This document shows, one piece after another, positions 12,651 through 26,149 of a DNA stretch of 64,000 bases. Origin of the DNA: Chiloscyllium plagiosum (Eukaryota); contig NC_057718.1 in assembly GCF_004010195.1 (NCBI RefSeq), positions 59,886,137 to 59,950,136 on the forward strand, read 5' to 3'. Both the position numbers and the translations under genes were made by a program. Under the pieces are notes generated by a model. It had not been told where the DNA came from, did no database searches, and saw only the letters and a program-made list of their open reading frames with translations. How positions within the stretch are numbered: the stretch's first letter is position 1; each line of letters starts with the position of its first letter.

Positions 12651-13180
12651 TGTCCACTATCTACAAGGCACAAGTCAGGAGTGTGATGGAATACTCCCTG
12701 GATGAGTGCAGCCACAACAAGACTCAAGAAGCTTGAGACTATTCAGCACAAAGCAGCCTGCTTGATTGGCACTGCATCCACAAGCATCCACTCCCTCCAC
12801 CACTGATGCTCAGTAGCAGCAGTATGTACTATCTACAAGATGTACTGCAGAAATTCACTAAAGATCCTCAGACAACACCTTCCAAACCCACAACTACTTC
12901 TATCTAAAAGCACAAGGGCAACAGATATGTGGGAATAACACCAACTTTGTGTTCCCATCCTGACATGGAAATATATTGCCTTTCCTTCACCGTTGCTGTG
13001 TTAAGATCCTGGAAATCCCTCCCTAATGGCATTTTGCATCAATCCACAGCAGGTGGACTGCAGCAGTTCACGAAGGCAGTTCACCACCACCTTCTTAAGG
13101 GCAATTGGGGATGGGCAATAAATGCTGGTCAGCCAGCGACTCTCACATCCCACAAAATGAAAAAAATTAAAAAAAAACTT
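12651..13180 (+). mobile_element. 'Family B' LINE 3' end
   Basis: Translates STIYKAQVRSVMEYS..WMSAATTRLKKLETIQHKAACLIG (post-RT domain of CR1/Jockey-group LINEs); ends in an A-rich tail. Confidence 0.8.
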
Positions 13181-14196
13181 TTTGTGATTGCCATCACCAT
13201 GTTTTTCTTATCAATGTGCATTGCCAAACAGCCTGTAGGAACATATGAAAATGACAAGCTGAAAGAGACTATTTGAGGAAACCTGCAGAAGTAATGAAGT
13301 AATCAAGCCATCTTGAAATTCAACTCAAAGAGTAATATTTTCAAAGACCAGATCATTTTTGCTGGAGATCTGGTAAATTTCAAATCAAGTCCTTCGAAGA
13401 CAATTAATTTGACCCATAAATCAATCCTTTGGGTAAGAATCTTACACTTGTCTTGGGCTGAGACTGCTCGAGCTTCGCCTTCCTTATAAAATTATTCCCA
13501 ATGTGTACGATGCTGCTGCTCCTGTAACAAATCATTCTCTCCTTTGGAAAGAATGCATTGTGGGTACTGGCTACTAAGTCTCTGAGGCAGCATCTTTTAG
13601 GGCCCTGGACAATGTAGACAACAGTGAGAAATTTGGGGAAGCGTGTGAGAAGACCAATGAAGCCTTTCTTGACTTTGCGAGCAGCTAATTACATTTTTCA
13701 GTTAAGTTCACTAGGCAGCAATGAGATGTCTATTAAGGGAACTATTGCTTGTTAATGACCTCATTAACTACACATCACTCCTCATTAATGTGCGGCTTCC
13801 TAAGCTACCACCCGACGTGAGGAAACCAGATATCAACAATTCCCGAAATAAAAGGCAGAGTGGATACCTGGTGACTCAAGCTCCCTGCTTGCTCCTCTAA
13901 ACCATTATCTTGGAAACCCCTTGGCAACAAAATCTCAGGACACCATCAATGGGGATTGGCCAGAGGCACCCCTTGACCAAGGACACTACCATTTGACAAA
14001 TGTCAGTCTCTCAGAACCTTGCCGACACCTCTCTGATCCACTACCCGTGTGCTTCTGCACTTTAAAGCTGTGCTTTGGAGTGTAGTAGTGTGCTGGCGAC
14101 GAGCATTGAGAGGCTGCTGCCAGCTCAGTTTGAGCACAAGGACAAGTACCCAACTCACAGAGTGAACCAGGCTACATCTCAGGCTTGCTCCAACGA

Positions 14197-14405
14197 TATG
14201 CAGGTTAGGTGGATTGGCCACATTAAATAGCTCCCAGCGTCCAGGGATGTACAGACTAGGTGGTAGCAATTAGGAATAGATGGCTACATAGATAGGGTTG
14301 GGAGGGGGAGGTGGTAAGGAAGGAGAAGGATGGGTCTGATTGGGATATTCTTCAGAGGGGTGGTGTAGACTTGATGGGCCAAATGGCCTGTTTCCACAAT
14401 GTAAT
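14197..14405 (+). mobile_element. 5'-truncated HE1-type SINE
   Basis: atgcaggttaggtggattggcc...gggccaaatggcctgtttccaca matches the 3' half of 3893-4228. Confidence 0.75.
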
Positions 14406-15229
14406 TCTCTGCTCACTTACTCTCATAGTTCAGACTGATGGATGAACTCATCATCATCTCTTTCCCTTTCTGTGTCACACATTTAAGGATGATGGCACCT
14501 CAGCTGGATCTGAGAGGCTTATGATTCTGCAGTATTGACTTGCTGTTTAGTACAGGTATGGAGCCTGGCTTGTCAGTAGTGATCAGTTCAGGGAGTGGAA
14601 TGTCTGTTGTTGAGCACAGTGATATGTTAATCTCACACCTACAGCATGTATATTAGTTGCCTGTGTGACAAACGTTCTGAATGATTTTTCATCAAAACAG
14701 ACATGTCTGAAAGTGTACGGGAGGTAATTCTCCATCAGCCAAGGGACTCCGTACAGTCAGAGTCCACTCATAGTCCAGTGCCTCAGCCATAGTCAGTCAT
14801 CTTGGGCAGTCAGTCAGGAACTAGGTCCGACTACTGTCTGGAGAGTGGACCACAGTCAGTCCTTTATGGCTACTGCAGCAGACGGGGGATGGAGTGGCTC
14901 GCGTATCAGCAGTCGGGGGGTGTTGTGTATCAGCAGTCGGGGAGCTGTAAAGAGAGAAATCTGGGATCTGCTTCGTCATTACCTGGGACTGTTTGACAAA
15001 CTCAATCAGTGGCTAGAGCATAGAGAGGGAATACATTGGGAATAGGATATTGGGGAGGGGAGACATTTCTGTGGCAACAGGGAGTAGGTGCATTCAACAA
15101 TAGGGCATACACCAGTAGCATTGGTTGGTGGGGAAGAGGTAAGGACAATGACAGGAGGTAATTTGAGGCTTAAGGTGCAGAGGTGTTGCAGAATGAGGCA
15201 TTGAAGGACATGGGAGGACTGTTATTGGC

Positions 15230-16400
15230 CTCCATGGGAGCAAGCAAACACGTCACAGTCTGAATTATCAAACTGTAATGCCAGGTCTCAGGGGACACAG
15301 AGAATATTCGGAGCTGGAGTACTGTATTAGAACAGGAGCAGATGCAGCTACAAGCACAGGAGCAGCAGCAAGTCACCATAGAGGGAGACCAACATCCACC
15401 TCTGGCAATGGTCGTAGCAGCAGAGCCCCTGAGGATACGTCGGGGCCATAGGAGGACCAGATGGTCTCCCTTAAACCCATCCCCTAGTGATGAGTGAGGC
15501 ACAATGTAATACAGGTTCCATCTGTTCCAAACACTTTGACTGAACAATGCTGGATCAGAGAATAGCAGGAGTAGCATACCATCCTCTCCCATTGTCTGTG
15601 AAAAGGCCAACTGTGTTGAAGTCCTGTACTACTGGCTCTTTTCAGGGAGTACAAGGTGCACCCACCAATGCATCAGGACAGTGACCAATGTCATCTGTGT
15701 GAGGTTACAGCCACTCACTTCATTCCCTGAGGGTGGAGTCAGTACTGCAGCTTGGCCAGAAGGATTCAGAAACATTGCTGGCTTCCCCCAGGTCGAGAGG
15801 TTTCTGACTACACATTCATCACGCTGAGAGGGCCATATCAAAACACAGCGGGCTTCATCAATAGGACGGACCACCATTCCATTGATGTTCAGGCACTGTT
15901 ACCACTTCTTGCAGGGAGTCAAGCTGTGACTCCTACAACATGAAACACTCTCATTTTCCTGCTGTGTTTGATGGTTCAGTCCTTACAAGGCTGGCTACTG
16001 GAGTCAATGTTTAGCCAGTATGAATGGCTGATGATACAATTGTACATCCTTTGACTGAAGTGGAGTGCTGACACAGTGCTGCTCATACACCAACCAAGGC
16101 TCCAGGACAGCGGATGATCAGGCTGTAGGGAACAAACAATGGGCCGGTGTGGAAGCAGATACTAGAGCTACTGAAGATGCAATTCCACTGCTTGGTCCAG
16201 TTTGGGATAACGTTCTTTGGACAGACAGTGTTATGTCATCTTATGTTGGTGTGGTCTGCTCAGTTGGAGCAGGGAAAGATTGGATATGCTGGATGATGAG
16301 GAACTAAGAGAATGGGAGCAGTCTTTCAAACAGGAAAATGTGAAAATTGATCGTGAGTGTCTCACCGTACGCATTATAGAGCTGAATACATGGGGCGCTC
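15230..16400 (+). pseudogene. Harbinger (HARBI1-like) transposase relic
   Basis: GFRNIAGFPQV / DYTFITLRGPYQNTAGFINRTDHHSIDVQ (cf. IDCTHV...NRKGFHSINVQ) / QGWLLG / QILELLKMQFHCL; frameshifted. Confidence 0.75.
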
Positions 16401-17033
16401 TCAACCAGACAAGCCCTGACTTTTGCTGGTTTCCAGGAGCAGAGAGCTGGGTGTCACAGTCAATCTCGGCTGAAGAATAATTGTTGATCATCTTGCAAGC
16501 ATTCTGTTTATATTGCATAGGTGAAATGCAACCTCTGTTCATTATCTGTTTGATAATTGAAAATAAAAACTAATCTTTGGAATTTCCTGAATGGGTCCCT
16601 GCAAATAATTGTTCCATAACTAACAATGATAAGATGCTGAGGTGTAGTGGGCATTTGGGACAAAGTTGTGGTGACTTAGGCACAATAGTAAGATGGACTG
16701 TGACTAAGGACAGTAAGACATATGGCTTGGCGGTTAGACAGTGGAGTTTTATGAGCAAGCATGTTTCAGCCATGCCATCTCTGTACCATGTACAGGACGT
16801 GTTTGTGGCTCCTGTGCCATTATCTTGCTAGTGAAGGACAGCTGTGGACTGCCACCACTTATTTGGGATTGCAATTGTAATTTAGCTATGGCACTTGCAC
16901 CAGAGATGCTGGTTTATCTGGGGGTATCTGGTCATTGATGTGTTCTTCGGATGACAGTGACTGGTGAATTTGGGCCAGTACTGGGCATGAGGGGCATCCT
17001 AGGGAATTAGATATTGAACTGAGTTTGTAATAG

Positions 17034-17586
17034 TTTGTATAGGACTTTGGTGAGGCCTCTTCTGGAGTACTGTGTGTGTTCTGGTTGCCCTGTTATAGGA
17101 AGGACATTATTAAACTGGAGAGGGTTCAGAAAAGCTTTACCAGGATGTTAATGGGAATAGAGGGTTTGAGATAAAAATAAATTGGAAAGACTGGGACCTT
17201 TTTCACTGGAGCCTAGGAGGGTGAGGAGTGACCTTATTGAGATTTATAAAATCAGGAGGGACATAGATAAGGTGAATCACAAGGATCCTTTCCTTAGGGT
17301 GGGGAGTTCAAAACTCAGAGGCATATTTTTAAGTTGAGAGGAGAAAGATTCAAAAAGGCTATGAGGAGCAAGTTTTTCACAAAGAGAGTGGTTCATGTGT
17401 GTAATGAACTACCAGAGAAAGTGATGGATGCAGGGACAGTTACTAGTTATTTGGATAAGTTCTTGAATAGGAAAGGTTTGGAGGGATATGGGCCAAGCGC
17501 AGGCAGGTGGGATTAGTTTAGTTGGGGAATATGCTTAGTATGGACTGGTTGGACCAAAGGGTCTGTTTCCATGCTCTATGATTCTA
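17034..17586 (+). mobile_element. CR1 3' fragment
   Basis: LYRTLVRPLLEYCV...; ORF 17334-17516 FFTKRVVHVCNELPEKV; CR1 tail ggaccaaagggtctgtttccatgctctatgattcta. Confidence 0.88.
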
Positions 17587-18055
17587 AAAGGGCAAAGAAT
17601 TTTGTTGGGCTTTACAGAGAGAAACCTTACATGAAACTCAAAACAATTGACAGTTGGTCAAACAATTTCATCCCTGAACCTTTTAGTTAGTTGATGTCAG
17701 CATTCGAGGAATGGAGGAGAATAGAGCAAGAATGTCAGAGCTGAGGTGTGACTGAAGGTTAAGTTGGAGTTGTAGGGTTGACTTTCTTTTTCACTCAGCT
17801 TATTTCAGTTGTCAGTGGCACTAAACTGAACCCCAAACAATTTTTTCTGTCAACCAAGTTCTAATTCATTTTGTCTTATAACATATCCTTCACTTTTTCA
17901 AATAAGCCTCCATTGTAAAGCCTTCTGAAAATTGATTTGCATTACATCTTCTGAATTCCCTGCAGACTTGAAATCAGTCAGTTTTATCAAAAAAAGCTAT
18001 ATTAGGTTTGTCAAGAATTGCGCACCTTCAATATATTGTGCTTGCTGTCCTTATA

Positions 18056-18515
18056 TGAACATAAGAAATAGGAGCGGGAGAAGTCGATTCAGCCCAACTT
18101 GCCTGATCTGCCTCAGGCCTCAACTATATTTTCATGCCAGCTTCTCCATAGCCCTCGACACCTCAATTTTTCAAAAATCTACCTATCTCCTCATTAAATA
18201 CTTACAGTGATCTAGATTCCACAACTCTCTGGAATAGAGAATTTCAAACAATCATTACAGTCTGTGAGAATGAATTCCACTGCACTTCACATTTAAATGA
18301 GTGTCCCCTTTTTCTGTAAATATCCCTAAGATCAAGATTCTCCCACTAGTGGAAATGACATTTAAGCTTCCTAAGTATCTTGCATGTTTCAATACGATCA
18401 CCCTTCATTCTGATAAAATCCAAGGAATACAGTCCTAACATGTTTAGCCATTTTTGATGCTGACCTAGTGAATCGCTTTTGAATTGCCAAAAATCACATG
18501 CATTTCCAAATCCTT
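18056..18515 (-). mobile_element. Older CR1 3' fragment
   Basis: aacataagaaataggagc tail and similarity to the 3' UTR at 57060-57480. Confidence 0.65.
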
Positions 18516-19099
18516 AGAATTCTTAATTTGTGATTGAATTAATAAGTTCAGAATCTTAACAAAGTACACACACACACCCGACATGGAGAAAGCAGAGGAT
18601 TGGAAACCCATTTCTTCTGTCTGCAGGCTCTTTAACTTAACGACAGCATTAGCATCCTGCTTGCCCTTTTGTTGGCCCACCACAGAGTAATGGGTAGCAT
18701 AGACCCACACTCTGTAAACGAAGGATCTCTATGAAAAGTACTGTGATACATTGCTGCAGGAAACCTTGCTTTTGACGGCTCCTTTCATGAAGAACAAAAC
18801 GCAAAGACAGAGGAAGACTGCCTGCATTTTTTCTGACTCTTCTGTCAAGATCATGCTTTAGTCAGTGAGGGCCAGAGGGTGCTTTTGACTGTGAAATGAA
18901 TCGGGGAAGGTGGTGAACACTGAGTTTCTAACAGCACCATCAATGTGCATAGGTTGAGTAAAACACACCTGTACATGAAATCTGCATCTCTCTGGTAGGT
19001 TGCAGCTACCATGGTCACATCTGACCCTTCACCTTCATCCCTCTATTCCTCTCCCTCCTCTCCTGCTTGGATACTGATCATTTTGAATTTTTCTCTTCC

Positions 19100-19380
19100 T
19101 GCATTTCTGTCTGCAGTTCAATGTAATGAAGGGCACAGCAGACTGGAGTCTTTGGATGAGGCATACTGAAAGATGCCTCTAAATTTGTCAAGGTATCCAA
19201 GTTACATTTACATGACCCAATAGCTTACCATGTCATCATGCTTATAATCATGTGGCTGTTGTTTTATCTTTCCTTTGGCTCACTGGTAGGCATCATAGCC
19301 TGGTCTTCAGAGAGTAGCCCTTACCTATAAAGAATCAACTGCAGACACTGTCTGGAAAGCCATATGGTGAAGTGACTGTT
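19100..19380 (-). pseudogene. Harbinger transposase C-terminal relic
   Basis: Minus-strand translation FIGKGYSLKTRL*CPTSEPKER*NNSH...AIG (cf. LLGDKGYPLKTWLMTP...EERYN.SH...IEQAIG), followed by a CCALH-like segment. Confidence 0.5.
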
Positions 19381-22300
19381 GTGGCGTGAATAAATTGTGA
19401 CAATTCCCTGAACATTTGATGCAATCATGCATGTAATTAAATGCAAGAGGAGGTGCCTTGAGAACAGGAATGAATGAAGCTATAATTTAGTGGTCTGAGA
19501 AGTGTAGTGCAGGATAATGTTGGGGAAGTCAAAGAGTGGGGACTGACATCTAAATGTAGGACGCTGCTCACCTTTTCCAACATGATGAGATAAAGCAACA
19601 TCTTGTGCCACTGCATCTATAGTCTCAGGGCCAAACTCATTTTGTTGACTGTCTCTGAGATTTCCAAACATACCTGTTTGTGAGACTACCATTTCCTCCT
19701 GTCCATGACATCCAGTACATCCGCCTGGCCATCCCTGTTCCAGGATTACTGCCAGAGTAGAGTCGGAGAATTGACAATGGGGGCAAGCAGGAAGCTTCCT
19801 TACCTTTTGTTTCTCAGCCTTCTTCCCTCTGTGGCCTTCAGAAACACTGTACGGTATAACTACTCTGACCCTCGTCAGATTTCCATTAAAGACAGATGCT
19901 TTCATTTATGTTTGTGGGTCATCAGCACAAACACATTATGTGATTGGTTTCAGGACATGGAAGCACGTGCTGATGCTTTTGGCTGAGTTCAAGAAAAACT
20001 AGATACCAGATTTACAACCCACGGCAAGTGTGTCAGTTCAACTAAAACTCCACCCGATTTGGCAGCTTCCTGCTGACCAGATTAGAGTAAGATTACTCCC
20101 AAAGTCATTTTCCTTTAATTTTCTTCCTTCTCGAATACACTCATGTGCTTTAATCCTACTCAGTACCTAAGAGAAACACAGACACATTATTTTAGTGCAT
20201 CTTTGAAAAAAATGTAACATTTCTCTAATCCTCCATTCATTTTCACACAACTTACAATGTTTGTGGGCACAGAGTGACTGCTTCAGCAGGAGGACAATGT
20301 TCATTTTTAATTGTTCACCGTGCTAGGAAGGGTGAATACTTCATTCGACTTCATTCAGTGTAATGTCATACTTTAAATTCCCATGGAAATTCCAATATAT
20401 CCTGAGTGCCTAAACAAATCATAATTTTGCATCTGTTCCATGTTTAGGTCATCACATGATACTCAATGTTATTGATTATTCATGTACTTTGGAACATTGA
20501 ATACGATTTTTGGAAAATTTGTGGAAAATGTCATGTTACTTGACAAAAAGGCAACGTGACAACAATGTTGGAACAAAAATGAGAAAGATATTGAGATAGG
20601 TTTGTGCATACATGTTCAAAACCTGTCAAGAGATATCTTGCCTTGATACAAATATTGATATTTGTTCTACAGGCATTTTGCAATCACTTCCTTATCGCCA
20701 TAGGACTATTGCTGTCATGTCCAAATCCTTCAGCTTTTCTAACCATTTTAAAAAAAACAGTGAACTGTTGGACCAGTTCCAGAACCAGATGCATTTGTAT
20801 AATACATGACATGGCCTTTAGTTGACATCATACCAGTAGATATCAAACAAAGTAAGAATCTCATTTTATATACAATTACAATGTTGAGCTGTTCACAATC
20901 TATAGCATCAACAATTTATCATCAAATGCAAGACTTGCAGTTAGATCTTCAAACTGGCCATTGCATGCATATGATCAAGTCTGAGCAGCTGGCTTCCACT
21001 GTTCATGACATTAGCACAGACAACAGAATCAGTGGACTATTGAATGCAATTACAGTAAGCTAGACAGACAATAAAGATTGATAGCACCTTCTCTTTTTAT
21101 CACACAGAAAACATTCTGGGGGTTAAAGCTTTGCCTTGAGCTGCCTTCATTTAATAATGATTGAAAATATGCAATCACGTCTGCAGCCACTGTAGCCTGT
21201 GTCACTTCATTTGCTGGACATTCAAGCTAAATTAAATTAAAAACGCTGCGCCAAAAGCAGCAGCAATTATGTATTAATGATGAATACTTACATACAATTT
21301 CCTGTGTAGATCAAATTAAAGGCACAGAAAGATCTATCTGAAAGTTAAAAATGTCCGGTAATTCTTCTTATTCATGAGACATATCAGAGTTGGCCTATTA
21401 AAAGTTGTTGGACTGTAATGAGTACAGGTAGTATTATTGTAAAATACAAAATATTGGACTGAAGCTACTGATTTAATAATGTTTCAACAATTTTTATGAC
21501 TTGTATATTTGGATCTCTTTTACATAAATATTGTAATAGACCCAATAAATTGTCCTAAAATCTTATTGCTTCCTTGCTATCTCCTTTGAAAGAAAGCAAG
21601 AAAGGACATTAGCCTGAAATTAAGCTTTGAATCATCTGTTGTTTGGGCATTATACGAATCAAAGTAGTAGCTGATAAGCAGCACACTTCTGCCGTAAATT
21701 ACATTTGATGTCATGTTGGTGAGGGGATTGGCATGGATACAGGCAACACCTCCTAAAAATATGCAGAACTGGAAGCTCATGACCTCTGTCAGGATGCAAC
21801 ACTGGACACAATAGGACATTTTTGGACCTCAATCCTTTACCCAATGATCTTTGTTAACTTCGTTTACCAGAACATGCATTTAGAAATAGAAATTATTTGA
21901 CAACAGTGCTATTTAAAGAGCCCACCTAACACTTGAAAGTTAATGGCTGGTTAATTTCATTTTGGTGATTGCAGTGACTTTCAATTTGTATAATCTATTG
22001 TATCGTTGTTTAAACATATAAAGGTCGACAGAGGTATGTGTTGCAGATGCTGAAAGGCTTGTTGCTGATGTCAAAATTTCTGCAAAAGTCGGTTGTTATA
22101 GTTGCATTAATAAGTATTTCCTTTGAATTTTAACATGATTTAGAGAATTAACAGACGCCACCCAATAAAAGAAGGAGGAGGAGGAGGATGGGATGGAGTG
22201 ATAGGATGAGATGAGCTCCCAGAATGAGACCATATCCACCCAGGGCATTCTTGTAGCAATTCTTCCACTAACCTCTAGTTGAGGAATAATATATAAGATA

Positions 22301-22501
22301 CAGACTGTTCTGATATAACGTGGTAGCTCCATTCCTATGTGATCCCACGTTAAAGGAAAATCGCATAATAGCAGCATAATTTAAACTAGTGGGACTGGAA
22401 TCATGTTAGCCAATACAAGTAAGGAAAGTTCGCATTCTACAAATAATGGTCTAAATCCTTCAATTGTGTTGAAGAAACCTGTGTTATAGCAGAACCAATT
22501 G
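22301..22501. mobile_element. Tigger/pogo-type (Tc1/mariner) MITE
   Basis: TA|cagactgttctgatataacg ... tgttatagcagaaccaattg|TA: ~20-bp imperfect TIRs flanked by TA dinucleotides; 201 bp. Confidence 0.7.
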
Positions 22502-22674
22502 TATCTGTAATTCATCAAGTGCACTGAAATTTGCCAAGTGCTGCCCTCTTAGAGCAAGACAAGCTCTACATTGTCAATGATTAAACAAGGTGACAGCAAC
22601 AATATACTTGTATACATCGGGCTCCTTCCTGAATGGAGCTGGAGATATTTGCAATACCTTGAAGTTTGCCATGA

Positions 22675-23460
22675 TGTTGTATAAGGAAGGAAGTCAAAAA
22701 CAAGGGAACTGTAGTCAAGCAACCATGGGCCCACAATTAGACATTCTAAATTGACTCACAGCCAGAGAAATTGGGCCAACAGAAAATTGGCCAAAATAAA
22801 TTAAACAGTAGCAAGCAGCTATTGGCTATAGGGAAAAGTGGAAACTAAGGTCAAAGACAGCACAAGGGTTCAGACAGAGCTAGTTACAGCTTGAGGGTTG
22901 AATATTGGAGAAGTATTGATTGGATATTCTGGCACCTTGACTAACAGCCAGTGCATGAGGGCATGCTCTTTACCACTCCCTGACATGACAACAGTGAAGG
23001 GTGACTCCATTGGATGCTTTGAAACCAGCTCATGACTCCAATGGGGAAAGGCCAAAGAACATTCTGGCGGGTCTGGGACAAGGGGGGTATAAAAATGCAC
23101 ATGTGGACACCACCCCCTCAGCAAAGACTCGCAGCCAGAATCGTGGTGGAAGACCATGCAACAACCTAAGAAGACTGGGAAGACTGGGAGACCCAACTTT
23201 CTAGAAAAGAGCCAGCTCTATGTAAAAGAAGGAGGAGATTCTAATAGCCCAACTCAAAGACTTGAATCGTTGCGGGTAATATCCTTTCCTAGATAGACAG
23301 AGCTTAATAGAAAGTAAATGTTGAGGGAATTTGGGAAATGCTGACATGGTACTTTTAACAAGGAATATTTTGTTGTTAAAATCATGTTCGACTACCAATT
23401 GAATACTGCCTTCTTTGCTGCCTCACCAACAAGGGCTCTGGGTAAAGTGTATATAATACA
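22675..23460 (+). repeat. Putative 5' LTR of retrovirus-like element
   Basis: TGTTGTATA...TATAATACA ends, TATA box (gggtataaaaa at ~23085), lies directly upstream of gag-like sequence. Boundaries are inferred and no partner LTR was found. Confidence 0.45.
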
Positions 23461-23849
23461 TAAACTGGTCAAAATTTTCAAAGCATGGAAAACATTGGCT
23501 TCCATGGGTGGGCTTCAATTAGAAATGTTTGTATAACTTCTGAAGTTGAACCCCACCAGCCTTGAACTCCCTGACATCCAGCCTCATGTGAATTAAGAGG
23601 GTAGCTGCCTTACATGACAGCTAAGATTCAAATGGGTGGAAGAGGCTGAATGTTTCGATCAGTAATTGGACCATAAACAGGTGCTTGTAATGGGGGGAGG
23701 CCAAATGGCCAGAGTTAGTATAGGGTCAAGAACCAGCATTACGTAGAGGCAAGAAAGCCGAATACAGGGTCAGTGGCGAGAAGCTAGATATTGGGGTCAA
23801 GGACCCATGAACATATAGAAAAGCTAGAATAGGGTTAGAGACCCATGAA

Positions 23850-25440
23850 GTAGGAGATAGTGAAAAGGTACTGAAGAAGGAAATGGCCCAAGTGGGTCCA
23901 CCATTGCAATGAGCAAATATCCGAACTGGGACCCATGGGACAGAAATGTTGGGGGTGACATGGACAGCTAAAGGGAAGCTTGCTTTAAACCTCAGCAAGG
24001 CTAGAAAGATAGCTGGGTGCATGGAGCAGCTGAGAGGTAGAGAATGGGAGAAGCTGAAGCTAAATAAGGAGCTGGAGGAAGTGAAGCAGGAACTGGAGAA
24101 AATAAGAATCAAAGCAGCAGAGCAGCAGCAGAGCAACAGCAGAGGTACCAGGTGAATGTGGTACACTTGGGATGGTTTCAGACCCCCAATGTGATAGTCC
24201 CAGGTGGAGCAGCATGCAGTCAGTGATCGGAATACAGCCTGAAAACTTGGCAATTCAAACACGAAATACAGAAACTGACCAGTTGAACTCAGAGTCCTGC
24301 ACCAGGGAGGCAAAGAAAACAGAGCCCGCACTGTGGGCCATTCAAAATACTGGTTACAAATTGAAAAAGTTGAAGTCCCAATTTTCCATGGAAAAAGAAA
24401 TGATATGAGCATTTGGGACAATAGAATCAGATGGGACAGTGATTAGGGGATAGTCCGGGAGGAGATGAAAGAACAAGCCCATAGATACATCGAGAGTGGT
24501 GAAGATTGGGGACCCACACCTCGCTTTCCAGAGGGAGTAGGTTCTTCAGTACCCCCAGGATCTTTCCCTGTACCAATGAACCCACTGACCACAACCCATC
24601 AGAACAACTAGAACAATAATCCAGTAACTTACACATTCCTATTTACGGTGATGGAATTGCTAGCAATAGCAAAAACAGTCCCTGTATTTGAGTCCATGTC
24701 TGACCCTGATATGTTTTTCAACAGCCCTCACCAACAATGGGTTCTCCATGGGCTCAATGATATTGAGAAGGGAAAATTAATGTTTCTGTACTGGAGCCCC
24801 ATGATTCATTCTGCTTTTCCCAGTCCTCAGAATGTGGGAGGAAGGGATCTGTAGGCCATGAAAATGGCAAACCTGAACACGATAGGATGCAAGAGGGGAG
24901 ACCCCGTGGAAGGGATTTAAAAAGTGCAGGCAGCGAAAGGGAGAGCACTCAATTGCATGTGCCAGCCTGTGGATACTCTTCACAGGAGTCTTCAGTAACC
25001 TAAATCCGAATGCATTGACACTGCAAATCAGGTTAACTTGGACTCAAACACTTGTCTCACTTGCTACTGAGGCAGAGAGGAAAGCCTGGAAAATTTTGAT
25101 CCCACAAACAACACCACACAGAACAATGGATGATCAGGATGACCTGGCCTTGGGAGAAAGCGATTCATGAATCAGAGCACCCCAGATCAGACAAGGGGGA
25201 ATTGAGCCAGTAAAAGCCCACACCCCAGTTCTGTCTGGGGAAGCGAAGGGGGCAACCAAAACAAGTGGAGTAATTATCAGAGCCATCTGCCTCTGTACGT
25301 CCCATCCCGCAGTGAGAGATAGGGATCAGCAGCAGAGAGCACCAAGGCAGCAGCACTGATACTATAGTGGGCGCACAGGCCATTTTGCAAGGGACTGCAG
25401 GGGTACCCAAAATTACTGAGGACCCAGTAGGAAAGGAAAT
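23850..25440 (+). pseudogene. gag-like relic with coiled coil and CCHC knuckle
   Basis: Coiled-coil ORF 23946-24155, capsid-like ORF 24648-24854, and *YYSGRTGHFARDCR at ~25357-25400 (degenerate Cx2Cx4Hx4C). Confidence 0.65.
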
Positions 25441-26149
25441 TCTCATGGGGCACAGAATACATTCACCAGTCACAAACAGAACTGCAGTTGTGTCGAGATT
25501 GTGTTAGATAGACCAAACCTAAAGTCACAAAGATTTTCCCCAAGCAGGCAGAGAGGATATGGCCAATGTCATTAGCAGCTTGTTAAAGCAAGGACTTCTA
25601 CATCCAGTAGCGTCCACCAAAAACTCACCAATATAGATTCTTAAGAAACCGAAATACTTTTAATGGCTCAACCTTGATTACAGGAAGCTCAATAAAACCA
25701 CCATAATCACTATGTGATGATGCTGCTCCTTTAAAAAGGTTATGTTATCCTTCGTTCTTTTCAAAAGGGTTTGTAAAAGGCAGAGGTTCCAGTTTGTCTG
25801 GGATAAGGCCACTTTGCTAATGGCTAACAGATACTGCCCAAGGCAACAATCAGGGGAAAAGGGTTTTGGAGTTCTTTTAAAAACACTTGTACAATGAAAG
25901 GGGAGTAGCCAGTTCTCCCAGTTCAGGGATTTTTCATATTTAGTTTAGTTTTAGCCAGGAACCCAGAGAAACTGGAGTGAAAGACACTCTATTCTTCAGC
26001 AAATGATCCCCATGCTGATTCTCTCTCTCCTCTAAGAACCTGTGTTTGAATTTTTGCTGAGGGGTGTGTTTATGGGATATTGCAGGAAATCAGAACACAT
26101 TTTGTTAAGTTGAGGGGGATATCATGTCGGCTGGGTTTTCAAACTGTTT

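Noticed and set aside
23726..24421. 231-aa minus-strand ORF as an antisense retroviral accessory gene
   Set aside because: Low-complexity F/S/L-rich shadow of the purine-rich gag coiled coil, with no recognisable motif.
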